A stretch of 64,000 nt of DNA from Rebecca billardiae RCC1528 (Eukaryota; Protista; Haptophyta). The position numbers were made by a program, and so were the translations under genes. Positions 57,375 through 64,000 of the stretch are shown in pieces (within the stretch, counting starts at the first letter, position 1; every line of letters begins with the position of its first letter). The DNA is taken from contig OZ251234.1 in NCBI GenBank assembly GCA_965240325.2, forward strand, positions 496,001-560,000, given 5' to 3'. The notes under the pieces were generated by a model, which was given only the letters and a program-made list of their open reading frames with translations, searched no databases and was not told the origin of the DNA.

Positions 57375-59106
57375 TCACCTCCGCGCGCCGCCGCCGTCCT
57401 CGTCCGCCTTCACCTTCTCAACACGCAGCGCACGGCCCTGGACGACCATGCCGTGTATGCCGTGAATCGCCTTCTCCGCCTCCTCGACAGTCTCGAAGCT
57501 GACGAACCCGTAGCCGCGCGACAGCCCGGAGTCACGGTGCCGCGAGACCTGCGCGAACACCACGTTGCCATATGGCCGCGCAATCTCCTGCGCGGCGCGG
57601 GAGCGCGTGGCGCGCCGCGGTCAGCGCACACGCCACCATGCCGCCCCCGGCCGGCGTCCCCCCTTGCGCGCCCGCGCGTGCGCGCACATGCAATTCCACG
57701 TCGGTGTACGCATTTGGAATGCAGAACAGGGCGAGGTTGGCGCCCCTCGGCCCGCGCTTGCCGCTGCTGCCCACGCCGCCGCCGGCGGCAGCGCCGCCGC
57801 CGCCGCCACCGCTCGCGCCCGCCGCGCCGTTATTCGCGGCGGGGCCCACAAAGTAGCTGCGCGCACCGCACGGGGCGCGCGACGCGTGCGGGCGCGCGGC
57901 AACCGGCGCCACGGGCAACCGGGTGGCGGCACGGCACGCGGCAGCGGCGTGGGAGCGGGCAGTGGGCGTGAGCGGCATGCGCGCGTGGCCGGCGCGACCC
58001 AGGCATGCGGTGCGCTGGGCTGCCCCGCCTCGAGCCAGCGCGTGCGCGCAGGCCACCCCTGCCCACCCACGCCCTCGCTTGGCCCTCACTCCCTCGCTGC
58101 CGCGCGCACCCTGCGGGGACAGGCTGCGCATAGGGGTACATCATGGTTGCGGGCATGTTGAGCTGCGCGGCCGGCTGCTGCGACGGCCATGACGGCGGCG
58201 GCTCCCACTGGCTCACGCCCGACTGCGAGTTGTAGTAGTACTTGTTGCCGTCGCCGTCCGTGTGCTCAGACCACTCGCCGTGCTGTGTCGCGAACTGCGG
58301 CACCATGCCGAAGCCGTACCCGCTCGGGAACGCCGCCGCCATGTACTGCGGCCCCGCTGCGCCGCCAACGTAGTAGGGCGCTGCCGCCTGCCCCGCGGGC
58401 GGGTATGCGCCCGTGTGCTGCGGCGGGAAGCCGGCGTAGCCGAACGCGCCAGGCCAGCCAGGCACGATGCCCACCTGCTGAGGCTGCTGAGCGCGCTGCT
58501 GCTGAGCCTGCTGCTGAGCCTGCCGCGAGCGCTGCTCCTCGCGCGTGCGTGGCGGGTCGGCGACTCGCACGAGTAGGGGCATTGACGAGCCGAGCCTCTC
58601 CGGTACCTGACCGTTGAGCGCCTTGATGGCCGCCTCGGCCTCGGCGGCGGTCGAGTACGTGACGAAGCAGCACCCACGCTTGCTCTCCGACGACGGGTTG
58701 GGCTTGATCATGTGCACCTGCGCGCCCCAGTCGCGGCATGCGGCAGGCGCAATCAGTGGCGGCGCACGGCGCTGCACGGGGCTCACGCGCGCGCGAGTGT
58801 GGCGAGGTGGCGCACCTCCTCAACTTTGCCGTGGGGTGCGAAGACAGTTGTGACCTGCTCCTCTGAAGAACCCTGTGGCAAGCCTCCGACGAAGAGTTTG
58901 CGCGAGTCGCTGCCTGGCCGCGCTTGATTCGCGCTCGCCGCATCTGCGCCCGATGGCGCGCCTGCCGACGCGTCTGCCGAAGCGGAGGCGTGAGCATCGG
59001 CACGGGGACCGGCTCCGCCGTGAGCAACGTCCGCCGATGCTACGCCACCCCCCACGCTCAGGTCCGCCAGATGCTCGGCGACGTCCTCCGGCGTCGTCGC
59101 CATCAT
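57375..59106 (-). CDS. CELF/FCA-like RNA-binding protein, RRM-WW-RRM; exons 59106-58816, 58717-58110, 57856-57688, 57587-57375
   Basis: RKLFVGGLP..KRGCCFVTY..PLLVRVADP; WW WSEHTDGDGNKYYYNSQSGVSQWEPP; GPRGANLALFCIP..SRGYGFVSF. Three in-frame GT-AG introns. Confidence 0.88.
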
Positions 59107-60016
59107 CGACGGCCCGCGCTCTTAATGAGGAGAGGCCGCCGCGCCTCCGCTCGGCCGCGCTGACGGGCCGCGGAGTGCATCTGTGTTATCATCAAGCTTG
59201 GGCGCCACCCGGACTCTCGCCGCCGTCAACCTCCGCGGCCGGAGGCGTTGATTGGCCCGCTCCACGCCCCGGCCGAGATGCGCGCGTCGAAGTTTGTGCG
59301 GAGATCTCGCACGGGGCGCGATCTTCCGCGAGATCGTAATCAGAAGGCCGCCACTACTGCGCTGCCCAACGGGCAACAGCCAACGGCCATTTCATTACAA
59401 TAATACAGTAGTGGGCGGAATCTTGGGCGAATCGATGGGTAGTTCAACTAGTCATGTTGCCAGAACATAATAAGCATCAGAGGTGGCGTCAAGACTCAAG
59501 ATCAGCGGTTTGTCGTTTGCGGGGCCGAACGGTGCCGAGTTCATGCCGGCCGGCCCGAACGGGACGGGTCGTCAGGCCGTTCACACAGAGGGTTCGCAGG
59601 ATAGGGCAGAGCGCGCGCTACTCTGTGCGGGGCATAGTATGTCACGGCATGGTACGGAAGTGCTCAGTGCAGGTGGTGAGCACTGTCAACTATGAGACTG
59701 CAGTGATCCGTAGCTACCGATACGTGAATCAAGAGGCACTCGCACACACAAAACAATAATAAGCATACAGCCAGCAGCAGACTTATAGCTGACTGCATCT
59801 TGTGAGGCTGGCAGGCGGCACAAAGATCGCCGAAACCAGACCGGTCAGTCACTCACCGGAGTACAGTACCTGTAGTCTGTTGATCGCCACTTCATGGCCA
59901 CCGGGTGAGCTGGGTTCCTTCAGGCCGCTCTCTGGGCTGCGCGTGCCGTTGCAGAACGCTGAATCTTTAGCGGCCCAACATGCCAACGATACCACCCTAC
60001 TGTAGCGCGGCTGATC

Positions 60017-60056
60017 ATATTCAGCGAAGCGCCGTATATTCAGCGAAGCGCCGTAT
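60017..60056. repeat. 19-bp tandem duplication (atattcagcgaagcgccgt)
   Basis: Two exact adjacent copies. Confidence 0.9.
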
Positions 60057-61082
60057 TACATCAGGGCGGTGCCGGACAGGCTCGCCGCGGCTCGTCAACG
60101 CCAGCCTGATAGCTGGAGTACCTACAGCATGCTCAATGCCGTACCAGCCAGGCCGGACCGGCCGATCCCAGACTCACCACTAGTGAGTCACCGCGCCCGG
60201 CTCCTCGGGACGGTGACGAGCCGGCCTGAGTCCGGGACAGGCTGGCAGTGTGACTGACTGTGTGGCGCGGCCTGTGCAACGCAGTGGCTTCATTCAGTAC
60301 TCTGAACCCGCCGGCTCGGGCCGCCGCGAGCTGCACTAGCTGCTGATTGCAGCGCTGCCGGCTGCGGCGCGCAGCTTGAGGACGCTCGTGCTTCCGGCGC
60401 GACCGCCCAGGGCCGCCGACCGAAGGCGGCTTACGCGGTCCGAAATGCGGCGGCCTAGCTAGTATTATGGCAGCATTGCCACCGTGATGACTGTACGTAC
60501 TGTCATATTACCGCCGTATGCATAGTATTGCCGGCTGGTAACCTGCGGTGGCGCGCCGGCGCCCCGAGTGGGACCACAGTGACGGAGTGACGTGACGGGC
60601 TCGGACCGCGCGGGGCCCCGGACCGCCGGACGCGCTGATCATCAATCATCATCGGTCTAGTGATCGGGCCCGCGGTCACCCCAGGGCCACAGTAACCAGA
60701 CGGCCCGGTGACCAGTGTACGGGGCTAGTACGGCCCGGTGACCACCGTGACCAGTGTGCGTCATACTATAGTATCCCGTATCCGATACTACCGCGGCGCC
60801 GCCCGGCGTCGTGATGAGCCGTGGGACTTGCTGAGTGTCCGTGCCCCCCGACCCCGCGGCCCCCGTGATTGTAATGCAGTGCATGCGCGCCGATGACTCG
60901 GCCCACCGCGGCCACTACAGACTACTGTCGTCTGTCATATATCGTACTCAGCGCACTGCTCAGCAAGTCCTACGGCCGATAACTTGACGGACTCAGCCGC
61001 TCGTCCTCGCAGAGGCGTACACGCTCGCGGCTTGGAACCAGGTCGGTTGCCACTCCGTGAATCTCTGCGCGCTGTATGACCA

Positions 61083-61850
61083 TCACGGCGCAGTCCACGA
61101 GCGGCTCGGCTCGTCGCGCGGGCAGCCAGTCGGCGCCAACACACCTGCGCGCGCAAGCTCGGGCCGGAACGCGTTGTACTGGGGCCCGTACCACTCGCTC
61201 ATGTCGTCGTGGAACTGATGGTAGATCTCCGCCTGGTGGAAAGGGAAGCGGGTAGTGTCCATCACGTAAACGGTCCCCGCAATGTCTTCGTCGTCACCTT
61301 CACCTGCGACGAGGCGAACTCCCCGCTTCTTTGCTGCCGCCGCCCACAGGCGGCCTGCCGGTGACGCGAGGCCCCCAGGAAGCCCGATGAGCGAGCGGTA
61401 CTCCGCGCCGACATCCTGGATGTCGCGGCGCCGGCCGTTCACGCAGATCGAGTCGAAGTAGATGTTGGCCACGGCGGGCACGAGTGCATCGGGCAGTCCG
61501 TGCAGTGACACAACCTCTGCATGGCCCAGCCGGCCATAATCACCAACGCCAGAAAAGGAATGATAGCACACAAGCCCGCTGGCGTGCTTGTGGGTGCCAC
61601 CGGCGTACCCGGTGAAGGCGGTGAGCGAGGTGTGCTTCCGACCTAGCAACGCCTCCTCGATCTGGGTGACCATCTCGTGCTGCACGTGCCAGAAGCATCC
61701 GCACCCCAGGTACGTCTCGTTGTGAGTTGGCGCGACCCCGCCAGCAGCACGCTCCGGGCCCGCAGGCCGCGGCACGAGCACAGCAAGCGAGAGGCCGGCG
61801 ATGCTGATCAGCACGCCTGCGAGTAGCAGCGCGCGAGTGGCCTGGTGCAT
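61083..61850 (-). CDS. Peptide methionine sulfoxide reductase MsrA-like protein with N-terminal signal/anchor
   Basis: YLGCGCFWHVQ, TGYAGG, GHAEVV, DVGAEYRSLI, FHQAEIYHQ. Confidence 0.85.
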   Translation of the reverse strand: MHQATRALLLAGVLISIAGLSLAVLVPRPAGPERAAGGVAPTHNETYLGCGCFWHVQHEMVTQIEEALLGRKHTSLTAFTGYAGGTHKHASGLVCYHSFSGVGDYGRLGHAEVVSLHGLPDALVPAVANIYFDSICVNGRRRDIQDVGAEYRSLIGLPGGLASPAGRLWAAAAKKRGVRLVAGEGDDEDIAGTVYVMDTTRFPFHQAEIYHQFHDDMSEWYGPQYNAFRPELARAGVLAPTGCPRDEPSRSWTAP

Positions 61851-62212
61851 GGGCGCGCAGGCCTGCTGGGCGAGCTTCGGGTGGGTGACGAGCGACCTTC
61901 ACCTCACGCCCGGGGTGGTTGCTCAGCCCGGCCTACCCGGTCCGGGCCAAGGGAGTACTGAGCACTCGTTTGGACGAGAACTTTCCGCCATCTTTCCTCG
62001 GCGGTTGCTCGTCTTGTTCGCGCCGAACTCCGCGGGGCGAAGGCCGTCGCGAGCTCCAGGTCTGGAGCGGGAACGCATCAACGCCGAGTTCGCCTCCGCT
62101 CGGCTGCTGGCGTGGCGTTGGTGGAAGAGGAAAGCCCGCAACGGGCTCAACTGGCCCGCCGCCTCCCTCGCGAGGGTTCGGCCGCCTCAACACCCCGTGA
62201 AGGCTCGGTCGT

Positions 62213-62743
62213 ATGGAGCAGCTCAAAGCCCTCAAGTCGTTCACCCCGGGCGACAAGGAGAACCTGGTCACCAAGCACGCGCAGGTGCTCGAGGCAAAGC
62301 AGCAGCTCGATGATGTCGTCGCCGAGAAGGACGAGCAGCTCGTCGTGCTCAACAAGATGCTGTGCGACCTGATGGCGGAGCGCGACGCGGCGGTGCGCGA
62401 AGCGGAGGCGCTCCGCCAGCTCACATCGGTGAACGAGCAGCTCCGCTCCGAGAACAGCAGGCTGATGACGCAGGTGCACGATCTGGAGGAGCAGGTGGAG
62501 GAGCTCAACACGGAGCTCGCGGCGCGCGAGCAGGAGCGGCCACCCTCGGAAGCGCCGTCCGGGCCGCCCCCGTCGATTCCGCACTCGTTCTACGTCGCGA
62601 GCCCCGCCAAACCGCCCCGGCGAGAGGTCATCGCACGGCCCATGTCCCTCGCTTCGCATCGCTCGACTCACCACCTCACTGCTGCCGATCGCGCGCGCTT
62701 GCACGACACAATGACGCGGGCGATGCTGCTCAAAAAGTGGTGA
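62213..62743 (+). CDS. Hypothetical coiled-coil protein
   Basis: Strong GC3 codon bias and an E/Q/L heptad pattern. Confidence 0.7.
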   Translation: MEQLKALKSFTPGDKENLVTKHAQVLEAKQQLDDVVAEKDEQLVVLNKMLCDLMAERDAAVREAEALRQLTSVNEQLRSENSRLMTQVHDLEEQVEELNTELAAREQERPPSEAPSGPPPSIPHSFYVASPAKPPRREVIARPMSLASHRSTHHLTAADRARLHDTMTRAMLLKKW

Positions 62744-63561
62744 GGCGGCGCAAGGCCCTGGACGTTGCTGCTCATGGGGCCGTTCGCAGGAAGCCGTCGC
62801 ACGACCGTCAGGGTGCCCACTCGCGCAGCGGCCCTGCACGCAGCGCGGGCTGCGACCACCGCGCACTCGTGATCGCCTCACACTCGTCCTGTGACAAGCC
62901 CTTCTCCGACCGCGCTGGCGCGGCAATATGCGTGGGAGCGGCCTGCCAGGCAGCCTTGACGGCTGGGCTGGCAGCCAGGCTCGCGCAAAGCCCGCGAACA
63001 CAGAATGGTTCCGTGTTGCGGCTTGATCGGACTCGGCATCAGGCCTGCGAGGCTGCTCTTGTCACGGATTGCCTCGGCAGCGAGGCAGGCGCCCGATCGG
63101 CCGATCGTGCCTCGTGGCGATGCGACTCGCGCGTCGTCAGCCAGAGCGGCATCCTGGCTGTGGGTCACGGGCAGCCAGAATCATCGGCTCGTGGCCAGGT
63201 TCGGGCGGCCCGGTGCGACTCACTGACGGCCCGGCGGTGTGACACTGTGACAGGCTCGCGGCAATTTATATTCGTCATATCGCGTATTTAAGTATTCTGT
63301 TTGACACTCGGGCGCCACTCGGCGTGATGACAGACAGACAGACACTAGACAGTTAACACTACCGTTCGTTCAGGCGCATTATTATCCGACGAATAATTTA
63401 TTCCGCGTAGTCATCGTATTCCGGCGGGCTATGATACAATTGATGATGCGCGCCTCCACTCTCCAGGTCAAGTCACCAGTCCGCCAACGAATTCCATATG
63501 ATGATCCATATTCCATGATCCCGGAGTAACTAGCTACTACTACTAGTCATTCATTCACGTC

Positions 63562-64000
63562 TCATGACGATTGACGACATGATGACGCCGCGTCTGCGAC
63601 ACCGCCGGCGCCATTGGCATTGTCCTGAACGACGTCGCCGAGCTGCCACTTCGTGGGCGTCGGCGACTTCAGCTGCCAGCCGCCGAGATGCTGCCAGTCC
63701 GTGAGCAGAGCGTGTCGTGCGTCCGCGTATGTGGTGCTTGCGCGCTTAGCGCCGACCGCATCCAGCTCCAGCAGGTCGTCCCGCCCCGCGTGGTCGCACA
63801 GTGAGCGGAAGCGCGCGTGGAGGGCACGCGAGCAGATGGCGCTTGTCCGCCCAGGGAGCGACGGCCGGGGCTGCGAGCCGATCGCGCGCTCGACCGCGTC
63901 GGTGATCGGTAGGCCCGTCAGCGCGTCGAGCACCTCCGCGTGCGTGCACGCCGCCGACCACCACAGCGCGCGCGGGTCGTCAAAGCACGCGTGCTGCGCG
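63562..64000 (-). CDS. C-terminal part of an adenosine deaminase acting on RNA (ADAT1/ADAR catalytic domain); 5' part lies outside the window
   Basis: ALWW..EVLDALTG..SAICSRALHARF..AKRASTTYADARHAL..GWQLK matches the A_deamin C-terminal pattern (W..EV.dg.tG..S.lC..F..aK....Y..ak..l..gW..K). Confidence 0.72.
   Translation of the reverse strand, partial: AQHACFDDPRALWWSAACTHAEVLDALTGLPITDAVERAIGSQPRPSLPGRTSAICSRALHARFRSLCDHAGRDDLLELDAVGAKRASTTYADARHALLTDWQHLGGWQLKSPTPTKWQLGDVVQDNANGAGGVADAASSCRQSS

Noticed and set aside
60690-60760. Repeated acggcccggtgacca units as a CRISPR-like array
   Set aside because: Only two or three degenerate copies, no regular spacers, no cas genes, and a eukaryotic context.
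59400-61000. ncRNA or mobile element in the long intergenic region
   Set aside because: No tRNA/snRNA structure, terminal repeats or transposase/RT motifs were recognised.

Overview
Very GC-rich, compact eukaryotic nuclear DNA with short GT-AG spliceosomal introns (donor almost always GTGCG, acceptor usually CGCAG) and short AT-richer spacers. The style suggests a GC-rich microalga, possibly a Pavlovales haptophyte (inference only). About 22 protein-coding genes can be supported, many in tight head-to-head pairs. In order they are: a truncated GT-A-like glycosyltransferase, a PTPA-TIP41 fusion, a papain-family protein with Ser in place of the catalytic Cys plus an SRCR domain, a PHO80-like cyclin, an FKBP, mitochondrial bL32, a TPR-Kelch-MYND protein, a PQ-loop protein, a giant LRR-CH protein, a Stf0-like sulfotransferase, a giant GHKL-ATPase protein, a Dispatched-like RND transporter, an S53 sedolisin, an EF-hand protein, a GT34, ASCC2 with a SAM insertion, a second sulfotransferase, a USP8/AMSH-N-domain OTU deubiquitinase, an RRM-WW-RRM protein, a MsrA-like protein, a coiled-coil protein and the 3' end of an ADAT/ADAR deaminase. 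No RNA genes, CRISPR arrays or intact mobile elements were recognised. The most interesting items are (1) one ORF fusing the PP2A activating chaperone PTPA with the PP2A inhibitor/recycling factor TIP41/TIPRL, (2) a silicatein-like Ser-His-Asn cathepsin with an SRCR domain and membrane anchor, and (3) a deubiquitinase with a USP8/AMSH N-terminal domain on an OTU catalytic domain. All family calls come from motif recognition by eye; no database search was run.
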